The notes below the pieces were generated by a model, which saw only the letters and a program-made list of their open reading frames with translations, did no database searches and was not told the DNA's origin. A program made the translations under genes and the position numbers. Below are positions 30,401 through 42,252 of a stretch of 64,000 nt of DNA, in pieces. This DNA is from the human T2T-CHM13v2.0 reference genome, Homo sapiens, in assembly GCF_009914755.1 (NCBI RefSeq), contig NC_060946.1; one strand, 5' to 3'. The first letter of the stretch is position 1; every line of letters starts with the position of its first letter.

Positions 30401-30420
30401 CGAACGCCCGGACTCCTAAC
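30361..30420 (-). pseudogene. FANK1: FANK1-like exon 1 (5'UTR + 13-nt CDS ATGGAGCCCCAGA, phase-1 donor); orphan gene fragment
   Basis: Minus strand reads GCAGCCGACCATGGAGCCCCAGA|GTAAGG: strong Kozak, M-E-P-Q plus one base, canonical donor. As I recall, FANK1 begins MEPQKIMPP with a very short first coding exon. No FANK1 exon 2 (FN3 domain) sequence was recognised in the window. The 5' boundary is approximate. Confidence 0.75.
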
Positions 30421-30449
30421 GCCTCTCAGCCAGGTCCGGCGTCGCTACG

Positions 30450-30463
30450 GTTGCCCTGACAAC
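30450..30463. promoter_or_regulatory. RFX X-box GTTGCCCTGACAAC
   Basis: 12/14 match to palindromic GTTGCCATGGCAAC, with CG/CG extending the palindrome. It sits between the divergent exons. X-boxes are typical of ciliary and testis gene promoters. Confidence 0.7.
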
Positions 30464-30464
30464 C

Positions 30465-30528
30465 GGGAGGCGGAGTGGGCAGAACCAGAGGGACTGCGAG
30501 CGGGAGGGACCAAAAGCCGCAGGAAGTG
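30465..30528 (+). promoter_or_regulatory. GC box (GGGAGGCGGAGT, 30465-30476) and ETS motif (CAGGAAGTG, 30520-30528)
   Basis: Consensus matches in the core of the CpG island. Confidence 0.5.
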
Positions 30529-30722
30529 AGGGAGCGCGTGAGGATCCGCCCGTCGCCGGGGACACTGAGAGAGGGTAGCGGCCAGGTCACCGGCTGAGGA
30601 CACTGCCCCTGAAGCCCGGTCAGGCGGTCGCGCCCTCCCTGGCGGCCCCCGCGGCCTGGCAGGACCTGTGTCCCGACGTCGCCGACCCACGGCGTCCGTC
30701 GGGCGAGTGGGCCTGCCCGCAG
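30520..30722 (+). ncRNA. Candidate non-coding first exon of the divergent plus-strand transcript (DHX32 upstream 5'UTR-like / lncRNA)
   Basis: ATG-free GC-rich segment ending CCCGCAG|GTAAGG, with an alternative donor CTGCAG|GTAACA at 30776. The DHX32 assignment is inferred from its head-to-head arrangement with FANK1. The TSS is approximate. Confidence 0.6.
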
Positions 30723-33448
30723 GTAAGGCGCCGGCTCTGGGCCGCCCTCCCGGGACTCGGGAGGCGCCGCTGCAGGTAACAGCTGGGCCCCGGCGGCGGA
30801 AGGGGTTGGGGGTCGGCGCAGGGGCGGGCGCGCCCCGAGCCGGGTGGGTGGCCCCCGCGCACCTGTTGTAGCCGCCTGGGGGTCCCCTGCCCGCAGTTGG
30901 CCGTGGACGTTCCCCGCCCCGAATCCGAAACGCCGAGGGCGGTCTCCGCGCCTCCTGCTCCGGGAGCCACGCCTCAGCGGGAGGACGGAGCCCTGCGGGC
31001 AGCCCTCGCACCAGGACCTCCCTCGGAGCCCGGGCATGGGCCAGGCCTGGGGTGGTCCCTCGAACCCCCCTGACGGGAAGCGTGGAGCAATGCGAGCCGC
31101 TGCCGTCGTCGCTGTTGTCCCCAGTGAGCCGGGAGCGCCTCCTGAATCGCGAGAGCCAAGAGCACGGCTTTGCCGTCATCCCCGTGTCCCATTTCAGGCA
31201 GGGGGCCCGGGTTGGATCTTTGTCGCTGGCTACGTTTTGTGTGTGTTGATTTGTTTCAGTCCTTCGCGTTTCCGGTTGAGTTACGGAATCTGCCCACACG
31301 TTTTGTGGCCAAACTTTGTAGGGCTGTGAAACAATGTAACATTATCTCACACAATAGTCTTTCATACTGGTTTTAAAACACAGTGATGCAGGGTTTGCTT
31401 TAAGGAAGCTTTGAGGATCACAAGGGATTATTATCTGGTAGGTTGTAAAAATTCAAACAACCGGGAGAGTGTCATAGGTTCTGGAACACCGGAAGGAGGA
31501 AAGAAAAATGGAGAGGAGAGAAAAAGGATAAGCAAGAAAGTGCAGAGGCATTAAGGGTGTGGGGGGCTGCAGGATTGATTTGGTACTCAGGTCTGGAGAT
31601 TATGGCCCCTCTATTAATTCCAACCGCTGCTCCAGACAGTACTTGAGGGAAATGGAAGGAAGAGCCGTTTTGGGGGTCATGCAAGTGATTACTAATCTTG
31701 CCAGTATAAAGATTTCCACTCCATGGATGACAAGGACACTAAGGAGAATTACTTTCCTCTTAGAAAGGGAATCATTGAGAGGTTAATTGAACTTGAGAAG
31801 CATATATTCTGTGATGGAAACTGACATTTATTATATTCTTCCAAATTAGGTTTTCCCCCTCTTAGACTATATGGGGACTTTTTCAGATTAATTGTCAAAA
31901 CAAGAAGGTTTACGTGTGGATATTGACTAGCAGCGTGATATATACAGAACACATAATTCTCAAGCTGAAGTATTAAGGTAATAAATTAAGGGTGGAAAGT
32001 AAACACTTCATGGAACCTTAACTCCCTGTTCCTGAAATTTGGAGACAGGGGCTTCATTTTTAGACAGAAAATATCTAAAGATCAGCAGTACTTCTGTATC
32101 CAGTGGTTCTCAAGTTCTAGTTTACATATCATTAGCAAAATCACAAAGCGATCTTTTCATTCAAGATACAAATAGAGTGATCAGTATATCATAATCAAAA
32201 GTGACAAGATAGTGATTTAAAAAACACCTGGCATTTATTGACAAAAGAAAAGGTAGGATTAAGGCTGCTCAAACAGTAAAGGATTAGCATTAGTATTTTT
32301 TAAAAAAGAAGAAACAACAGTTCAGGTCTCTATGCTAAAGTAGTAAGGACTGAAGAAGTCTTAAGTTTGGAAAAAATGGAGATATGTATTGGTGAAACAC
32401 TTTGTAATCATATAGAATGATTATTTTATCAGCAGCTGTGAAGTTGACTTTGAGGAAATTTTGAATTGAAATACTTTAGGTGACAAGTAAAGGCAACTGT
32501 GAAAAGCAACATTTGATTTTAGTGGACAGGGTACCTGTGGAAGAAGACTGGTTAGGAGTGGAAGTGAGGTGTAAAGGCACTGAAATGTCTGAGGCAGGGA
32601 CAATATTCAGTTTCTCTTCCTCTATCACCTAGTGCAATGTACTTGTTAAACGTTTGTTGAATGAGTGAGAAGGACTTTAGAGAAATTGCTTTGGATATAG
32701 GGATACACTTTACTATTGGAGAAAACACCCGAGATCAGAAAGTTGCTAATGAGATAGGGGTGGGGGATGAATGGTAAAGACACTGATTGTACCTTTTTGG
32801 AGTTTTCTACCATTGTGTTTTATTTCTTTTCACCAGCATGTTCAGTATGTTATTAGTGGTCAAATGAAAAGGAATAAAGTTCTATATATATTTTTTTAAG
32901 TCTCCAAGCTCATTACTAGATAGAATAGTTACATTATTGTTTACTTTGCTGATGTTTAGCTAAATGTAGCAAACTGAAGCATTATGGATCGGGAATAACA
33001 AAGTAACAATGAAGAAACAGATGTTGTCTTTTTCTTATTTAAATCTCTTGACTACCTAGAATTCAACGTAGAAATAACTTTAGTGGGAGGTTAACATTAT
33101 TTAATGCAAATAGGTTGATAAAAAATGTAGCAAATGAACATGTTATTAATAGTTCTGTCTTCTAGCCTTACTGTGGTAAGTTGAAGGAAGTTTTCATTTT
33201 TGTTTTTGTTGGTTTTAGGGTTTTTGTTGGTTTTTGTTTTCTTTACCAGAGTGAGGGTACTTTTTTCTCTATCTGATACTTTCTGAAACTCTTAAGGAGT
33301 TCGGTCAAAAGTGGAAAACAATCAGATTTCTATTTTTGGTGTTTTCCTCTTTGTTCTCCAAACTTGTCATGGTCTACATTCAATTTGTTGCACTCACATG
33401 GAATGTCTGTCTCTCAGACCTTTACTCGTCCACAGTCTAAAGGAGACT

Positions 33449-33818
<370 letters not shown>

Positions 33819-34329
33819 CTAATGCCCACTAAATGCACTTCTCTCTCCTACTGGGAGTGCTACACGGTTTAGCATTTAGCTCTGTAGGATGCTTTCGTAT
33901 AGAATTTTATCTCATATGGATGGGTCTTGTACCTCTGACTAGATTAAATATGTTTGGAGCTAAGTGCATGACTTACGCTTCTTCTGTGTTGCTTTTAGCA
34001 CACTGTGGGCTTCATTGTGTACCTGATAATTTAAGTAGGGTAATAATAGAGAGGTCAAACCTTTAGTTTGGGGTCATTGCATTAATTTCTAGCTTTGCCC
34101 CTTTGGAAAAACAGAAACTCTTATTTTGTCATTGATAACTTGGGATAATAAAACCTGCAATGGTTGTCTGATAGTCTAGTTGTGAGAATCAAGATAAATG
34201 TGATTATAGACTATGAATGAAAATATCTTGTATGTCATAATGAACTTTTTTAATATAAAGGGCTATTATTGACTTAGGCATAGAGCAGACATTGATACCA
34301 CATTCACAATGTCTTAGGTACTTCCTGGG

Positions 34330-35210
34330 CTCTGGAATTGCATGTCATAAAGGGTGAACAGGAAATGACCAGGTGCTTCTGAAGCAGAACAGCCTGGGCT
34401 GAGGCACGAAGGCCGGGAGAACAACTAAGCCATGGTTTATTCTGGCTGAACTGGAGAATACTTCTTCATGTGTATTAGCAGAAAATGGGAGGAAGTAAGG
34501 CCAGAAAGGCAAATGTGGGCCAAATCAGAAGGAACCTAAGGACCATGAGTTTATCTTCCTTAAAGGTAATAAGGAGGATTTGGGTCAGTGACTGGATCAG
34601 TTTTGCATTTGGAAAGGATCACTGGCAACACTCAAATGACAGATTGGTAGAGAGCCTAAATGGGAGACAAAAAAATTGGAGATGTTGCTGAACCTCAGTG
34701 AAGAAATGAAGAGAACTAGGAGAGCAACGGTGGGAATAAGAAGGAGGGGCCACTAAAAAAGGTAGAATTAGCAGATCTTGGTGATACAGGAGATGAGGAA
34801 GGAGAAGCCAGGGATGACAGTGGGGTGATAGAGTGGATCATTCTGTTATTCATTGAACTCTAAAGAAGAAAAAAAAATTTTTGAGGAGTTTAAGAAGTGG
34901 GGTAGATGTGTTCAGTTTGAGAAGCCTGTCATATATGTTGGGAGGTCCCACAAGTAGTAGTAGTTGGACATGTGGGTCTGGAACTAAAGGAAAAAAGTCT
35001 GAGATGAAGATAGAAATTTGGATTAAGCATTTAGTGATTGAAGTTAAAATGTGATGATTTTCTCCAGGGATATTATGTGGAATAAGAGGGTAAAGGATAG
35101 AGCCCTGAAGTATGCACATTTTACGTTGTGGGGAGGGGCTGATGGTGGAAGAACCCGCGGAGACTAAGGACCAATGGTCAGAAAAGGGGGCTGAAAATCT
35201 GGGAGGATTA
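34330..35210 (-). mobile_element. L2 LINE remnant (similar L2 remnants at ~25150-25810, 28300-28760, 40490-41030, 53640-55030, 55830-56280)
   Basis: Purine-rich degenerate L2 motifs such as TTTTGCATTTGGAAAGGATCACTGG; boundaries approximate. Confidence 0.6.
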
Positions 35211-36276
35211 ATGGAAGAGTGCCTACTCCTGAGGAGTTCATGCATTGGCATTCCCCAAAATGATTATATTTTCCTCTAGCCACCGTAGAACGCACAACAC
35301 AGTTCATCTATTATTGTTTTATTAAAGTTCATGTAAAATGACTACCCATTACTTTGTTAACAACAGAAATCTTGATATTTATGTTTAAAAATATTTTTTA
35401 AAACATTTTTAAACAGATTTTTTAGATACAGAGTCTTGTTATGTTGCCTAGGCTGGTCTGGAACTCCTGGGCTCCTCCAGCCTCAGCCTTCCAAAGTGCT
35501 GGGATTCCAGGCATGAGCCACTGTGCCTGTGGCTGTTTATGGGTTTTTTGTCTACATTTGGGACAACAAATCAAGTAAAATGTAACTTTAGAAGTTGATT
35601 ATGATTATGCCTCAAGCAAATACTTTAAAAAAGAAAGAGAGAGAGAGAGATGGATAAAAGTTAATTTTGTGTATGTCTCAGGTAAAGTATGTTAACTTGG
35701 GGAGACCAGCAGTAACCTGTTCTTTAAATCTCAGCTTTTATTGAATCTCACACAAAATTTTTCTCAGATATGTCACTAGACTACTTAAATAAGCCAGATT
35801 AGTATTTTTGCATACTTTATTAACTCTGCTTCTACTCAGAGTAAATTAGTTTTTGGAATGGAATGCAGTCAAAAAAATCATCAAAATAATATCACAAAGC
35901 ACTGAGTGGTCCAGTCATTTGAACTTCTGACAATACCTTTGACTTAGAAACCTATTTGTGGGGAGTGGTATATTAATACTATACATAAACATTGATTGAG
36001 CTCGGGGGGACTTTCTGTATATACATTTAAAAATATGTTTTTTTTTAATAGAGACAGGGTCTCACTGTGTTACCCAGGCTAGTCTCAAACTCCTGGGCTC
36101 AAATTATCCTCCCCACTTGGCCTCCCAAAAGGATGGGATTACAGGCATGAGCCACTGCCCGAAGGCTAAAATTTTTTTAAGTACCATTAGAATGTAAAGA
36201 TTCTTTTTAAAAAATTTGATTGTGCAGGGTTGGTTATTCAACCAATATGCAATACAATATTCAATACTGTATATTC

Positions 36277-36336
36277 ATCACTTCTAGGCCTTTTGGCTAA
36301 GATCAACTGTAGTATCTGTTGTTATTAATATAATAT
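36277..36336 (+). pseudogene. RNU2: 3'-truncated U2 snRNA pseudogene
   Basis: ATCACTTCTAGGCCTTTTGGCTAAGATCAACTGTAGTATCTGTTGTTATTAATATAATAT aligns to U2 nt 1-60 with 7 mismatches. The branch-site-pairing GTAGTA is retained. There is no Sm site or 3' stem-loops. Confidence 0.93.
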
Positions 36337-37247
36337 TGTATATTCAACCAATTGTCAATACAAGGCTGGTTGTATCTGATATGAACCAACATTGAGTTAA
36401 AAATGGACCTTTTTTTAAAAAAAAAGCTAATTAACTAGATTTGCTTACTTAAAATCAAAGCAATCAACTCGTTACAAGTCTAGAAATAAGGATTTTAAAA
36501 TAAATTTTGAATTTTGACCTTATCTTTTCCCAGAAAGACTTTAAATTGATACTGGAAACCAAATAGGATATATTTTGGGAGATTTGAGGCTATTAAAACA
36601 AAGGCAAACAAAGAAGTGACCTTCTAAAAGTCCTAGTAATGATTAGGTCCATTGTTTCAATTAAACCATACCGTGCTTGAGAGATAAAGTGTATTAAATA
36701 TTTGACTGTAACTTTGTATTAGAAATGTTTTTAAAATCTATAAAAAAGATTTACCAATCTATCTATACCATGTTTTTCAGTTTTATGGTATTTCTTCCAG
36801 ACCTCTCTTCCTGACATCTCCATTAGTGTCAAGTATTTCTTCAACCCCCAGTGATGCAACGTGAGTCTATTTTTTAAAATGTAGTCTGGAAGCAATATGT
36901 AATATAGTCAGGAAGCAATATGGATATATGGTTAAGTATATACACTATACACTTAACTGAGGTTAAGCAGAGATCATAGTGCCTGACTTGAAGCACCTGC
37001 TCTACCACAGATGATCTTCTAGAAGCTGTATAAATTAAACCTCTGAAGGTTTACATTTCCTCATTTGAAAAATGGAAATAATAAAGTAAACCCTCATGAG
37101 GTCCTTAAGAGTTTAAATGAAATAATCCATATAAAGTGCTTAAGTGCTGAACATAGCATCTGGTATGCAATAATCACTCTATAAATGCTAATTGGTAAAA
37201 TTATCATCATTGTTATTGTTAGTCCAACTATAGTAGTAGCATGGAAC

Positions 37248-37510
37248 CAGGATTCTGAAAAGTGTGGCCTGCAGATCAGGGTCAGTGCAGACTTACTGGT
37301 TTGCAGTGAGATCTGGAGCTTGTGCCAGAATGTAAATAGGCGATGTCACTAAACATACTGATTACTGTTCAGCTGACTTTTTAAAAATAGCAAGACCTCT
37401 TCAGTGTAGGAAGCAGTTAGTTGATTTACATTCTGGTGCAAGCTCTTTACCTTGCCACAAACCAGCAGCAGAGTTGACATGAAGTATTGGACCAATGATC
37501 CCACTCTCCA
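37248..37510. mobile_element. Palindromic hAT-Charlie MITE (Charlie4-like)
   Basis: Internal inverted repeat GAGCTTGTGCCAGAATGTAAAT / ATTTACATTCTGGTGCAAGCTC (20/22). Confidence 0.65.
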
Positions 37511-38001
37511 AAAAATAATAGTCCTTTATTCTGAAGACGTTATTATTCACTCATAATACCTCATTAACTTTCTTTTTTTCTAAACATTGTAATAATAGAT
37601 TATAAGTATATTGTTTATGAGTTCAGCAGATATTTATTGATCACATAGTTTGTGCACAGCCCTGTATCTTATTTTGCAGTAGTTGCAAAGCTGGCTCAGA
37701 AATTAATCTTGCCTTTAGGAAGTCTACCATAAACCCGCAAGAGGAAATAAGTGAAAATCTAAATAAATGTGTTGAATATATGCAGTGATTGTTTGCAATA
37801 GTGTTATAGCTTGGTTCCAAAGATTTCAATATAGACAGATGTTTCCTTTTGCTGAGCTGCTACCAGAATAGGACAGAATTAATTATCTTTTTGGAAATAG
37901 AGTCTTATTCTGATGCCCAGGTTGGAGTGCAGTGGCGCACTTCAGCTCACTGCAACCTCCGCCTCCCAGATTCAAGTGATTCTCCCACCTCAACCTCCTG
38001 A

Positions 38002-38184
<183 letters not shown>

Positions 38185-38995
38185 TAATACCTTTTACGTT
38201 TTCAGCATTACGCTATCACAATAAAGTTCAGAGTTTGCTTTATTAAGATAGTGTTTGAATCTTCTAGGAGATTCAGAAACCTGCAGTACTAGGGAAATCT
38301 GAGTTTTAGATATAATAACAAAATTAAAACTTTTAAAGATTTGTATTGTAGAAGATTATCCTTAAGTGTTTTTTTAAATTATTAATTTACTATTTCACCC
38401 TTCATGCAAATATATGAATTATAAATGATTGATTGTTCCATAGAATATGAGGAGATATTAAATAAATATTAAAATATTTATAAAGTTTTGGTTAAAATGA
38501 GCACAATTTCTTCTCGAAAAAATTCACTGCCAGCCTGGGCAACATAGGGAGATACTGTTTCTACAAAAATAAAAAAATAAAAATTAGCCAGGCATGGTGG
38601 TGTGTTCGTATAGTCCCACTATTGGAGAGACTGAGTCAGGATGATCAATTGAGCCCAGAAGTTGGAGGCTGCAGTGAGCTATAATCATGCCACTGCACTC
38701 CAGCCTGGGCGATGGAATAAGACCATGTCTTTAAAAAAAAATGCATTGCTCAAACAGATAATGTTGAAACAAATTCTGGAGTAATATAAACATAATAATT
38801 TTTAAAAGGCAAGGCATGTATATTTTACATATAAATATGTATATTATATAGTATAGGGTTTACAAACTATGAGTCAGATCATGAGCAGATTTATTTTTGC
38901 AGACTAATTTACTGTTGAGTGGGCTTAGGGAAAAAAGGAAAATAATGCAAAATGTTCAAGTCCAGAAATGTTATTTCATTTTTAATATTTCTTAG

Positions 38996-39129
38996 AATGT
39001 TTTGCGTGGAAGTGGATGTATTGGTTTCTCTTATTGCCATGCTTGGTGCACCTGCTCGTAATCACTTTTGTTGTGCCTTTTGCCATAAATTGTTACCTAA
39101 TCTCACTAATGACTTTAAGAAAATTGAAG
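38996..39129 (+). ncRNA. Candidate internal exon (134 nt) of the plus-strand transcript
   Basis: tttttaatatttctTAG| acceptor and AAG|GTGGGT donor. Confidence 0.35.
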
Positions 39130-42100
39130 GTGGGTGTTAGAAAGATTATAGGTAATATTAAAGAATATAAGGCAGGCATGGTGGTGTGTACCTGTAGTTC
39201 CAGCTACTCGGAAAGCTAAGGCAGGAGGATCACTTGAGCCCAGGAGTTGAATACAGCCTGGGCAACACAGACTCTGTCCCTGTTTCTAAAATTAAAAAAA
39301 ATAGACACACAAACACATACAATGTAAAATAAAGAAAAGAGAGTAACCCGAAATTTAAGAGGAAAATTATAAGGAAAAACAGAGTAAAAAATGAAATTTG
39401 GATCAAGAAATGACTAGGTAAGTTAGACCCATGGCACTGTAATCACAACTTTTTTACCATAGCAGATCAGGTATTTTGCGATCTGTCCCCTATCTCATCT
39501 TTGAACCCATCTTGTACCAAAGTCTCTCTCAAATTAGGTACCAGCCACCCTTGCCTTCTTTTAGGTAATTGTCTGTAAGGTTGAGTCTACATATCATAGT
39601 CAAAGAATTTATATTTCCACACCCCACCCTCAGCCTCACCTAACCAGACCTGCCTGTACAAACTGTGTCCCTACCACACATAGTAGGACCTCAAGTATTG
39701 GTTGAATAGGTAAATGGAAAACCCAAAAATGGAGGCATTAAGGATGAGAAAACTTGAGGACACAGAAGACCTATTAGATTATGAATGATATCGATGATAA
39801 AATACTATCAGATGTTGCTCTTAGAAGCATATGATCCCTAAAGGATAAAAAATGACTAATTTATTATTTACTCAGCCCGTAATTATTAATTAGTCACTCA
39901 CTATATTTGGATTTAGGAGTGGAAATTACCAGTGAAGAAGGTATAGCTCCAATAACAGTGTAAGTAAAGAGACAGACATGGGGAAAAGATAATCACTAGT
40001 ACAAACGGTTCAAGAGTCCCCTCATACTTGATGTTGCCTCCTCAGCATCTGCAATTTACAAGCGGCCCCACAAAGATCAATGATCTGCTAGAGCAAGGGT
40101 GATACATGCCATTGTCTGAATCTCAGTGCAGCTTTGTACTTTTCAACATAATAACTCTTCTGAATTGATCAAGAAGAAAGCAGCTTTAATAAATGTTGAA
40201 AGGAGTTAATTTGGGGTTTGGATGTATGATTCAAGGGACGACCAGGAGCCTCTACAAATATTCCAGTTTGTGGGTTTGTGAGTCTTAAAGAATTCTAAGA
40301 ATAGCAAGAGTCTATCATATATCATAAACAGAAGGGAACCAAAAAGTCACATAAATCCAGAAACATAGTGAATTCCTGATAGAAGTGTTTAAACTCTATG
40401 CAGCAGTAGTAAACTAGCTTGAACTTAGCTAAGAGTGAAATAATGAAGGATGTAACTATGCAAGATAGACTGAAGTGGAGACACTAAGTCCCTGCTTCAT
40501 AGAGCTCACATTCCGGTGAAGGGCACCAACAGAAAACAAAGAGGGAAAATATATACATTATGTTAGGTGGTGGTCTTAAGTAGAAAAAATGAAGCAGTTA
40601 AAGAGGTTAGGAAGTGGTTTTTGGGAGTGTGGGAGAGTGTTAAAAGTTTAGATAGGGTGGCCAGGGAAGCCTTTACTGAGCTGCCATTTGGTAACAACCT
40701 TTATGCAGCAAGGAAGCTAGCCATTTGGATATCTGAGGGAGGAACATTTCAGACATACAGAAGGGTGAACACCAAGTCCCAGAGGCAGGCATCTGCCATG
40801 GTGTTTGAGGAATAGCAGGGGAGCCATCAGGCTAGGGAAGACTGAAGTAGGAGCTGTTGCAAATGAGGGCGGAGAGGCGATGGGTCCAGATCATAAAGTG
40901 ATTGTTGGTCCTCTTAAGGATTTTGGTTTTTCCTCAGAGTGAGATGAGATGGGAAGTATTGGAGACTATTGAGCAGAGGAGACATGAGCTGACTTTAATA
41001 GGATGACTCTGACTGCAGGCTTGAGACCTGACTGTAAAAACAAATGTTTTTCTCTTTTTTTTGTTTTTTATTTTTTGATACAGAGTCTCGGGGAACTCCA
41101 GCTCTGTTCCCTGGGCTGGAGTGCAGTGGCCCAATCTCAGCCCACTGCAACCAACGCCTCCTCTGTTCAAGGGATTCTCCTGCCTCAGCTTCCCAAGTAG
41201 CTTGGATTACAGGTGCGTATCAGCATGCCTGGATAATTTTGTACATTTTTATAGAGATGGGGGCAGGTCTTGCTATGTTGCCCGGGCTGGTCCCAAACTC
41301 CTGGTCTCCAGTGATCCTCCCGACTTGACCTTCCAAAGTTCTAGGATTACAGGCATGAGCCACGTCTCCTGACCATTTTTTTTATTTTATTTTTTTTCTT
41401 TTTTAGAGATGGGGATCTCACTATGTTGACCAAGCTGGCCTTGAACTCCTGGCCTAAAGTGATCTTCCCATCTCAGTCTCCCAAAGTTCTGGGATTACAG
41501 GCATGAGCCACTGTGCCTGGTCTCTTTGTTTTTGTCAAGTTTCTGAGGTGTAAGTGTTCTTTATATACTCGATATTAAGCAAGACCATGTCTCTTAAAAA
41601 AAAAAAAAAAACTGATATGGCCAAGCGCAGTGGCTCATGCCTGTAATCCCAGCATTTTGGGAGGCCGAGGTGGGTGAATCACCAGAGGACAGAAGTTCAA
41701 GACCAGCCTGGACAACCTGGTGAAACCCGATCTCTACTGAAAATACAAAATTAGCCGGATGTGGTGGTGCATGCCTGTGATCCCAGCAACTTGGGAGGCT
41801 GAGGCAGGGAGAATAGCTTGAATTTGGGAGGCAGAGGTTGCAGTGAGCTAAGATCATGTCACTGAACTCCAGCCTTGGACAACAAGATGGAAACTCCATC
41901 TCAAAAAAAAAAGCTATTAGTCCCTTACCAGATATATGATTTGCAAATATTTTCTTACATTCTGTAGGTTGTCTTGTCTTGATAGTGTATGTTATTCTTT
42001 TTTATGCTTTTATTTTTTGTTCTTACTGTTCCATCTTTTATTTGTGTAAGCACTTTAAGTAATATTATTTTGCATGCTATATAATCATTCAAGTGCCTGA

Positions 42101-42252
42101 AATCCAACTCGCCCTCTTTTTTTTATTGACTCTTCCTCATGACGGATTATTTCTTCATATATTTTGTAACTTTTGTTTGACTGGTCTTAAGTTATCAAAA
42201 TTGAGAAAGATTCTTTGCTTGGTGAAACTTTGGTCAGACTCCTAACCTCCTC

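Larger units (their letters stand above)
30080..31280. promoter_or_regulatory. CpG island / bidirectional promoter (probable duplicated FANK1-DHX32 head-to-head promoter)
   Basis: Very GC- and CpG-rich ~1.2 kb against a CpG-depleted background. Divergent 5' splice donors lie on both strands (minus 30355-30360 and 29983-29988; plus 30723-30728 and 30776-30781). An X-box, a GC box and an ETS motif cluster between them. Confidence 0.92.

Noticed and set aside
30004-31376. Overlapping 96-284 aa Arg/Pro/Gly-rich ORFs in the CpG island
   Set aside because: Stop-codon scarcity in GC-rich DNA explains them. They occur in most frames, show no recognisable domain and cross the splice donors.
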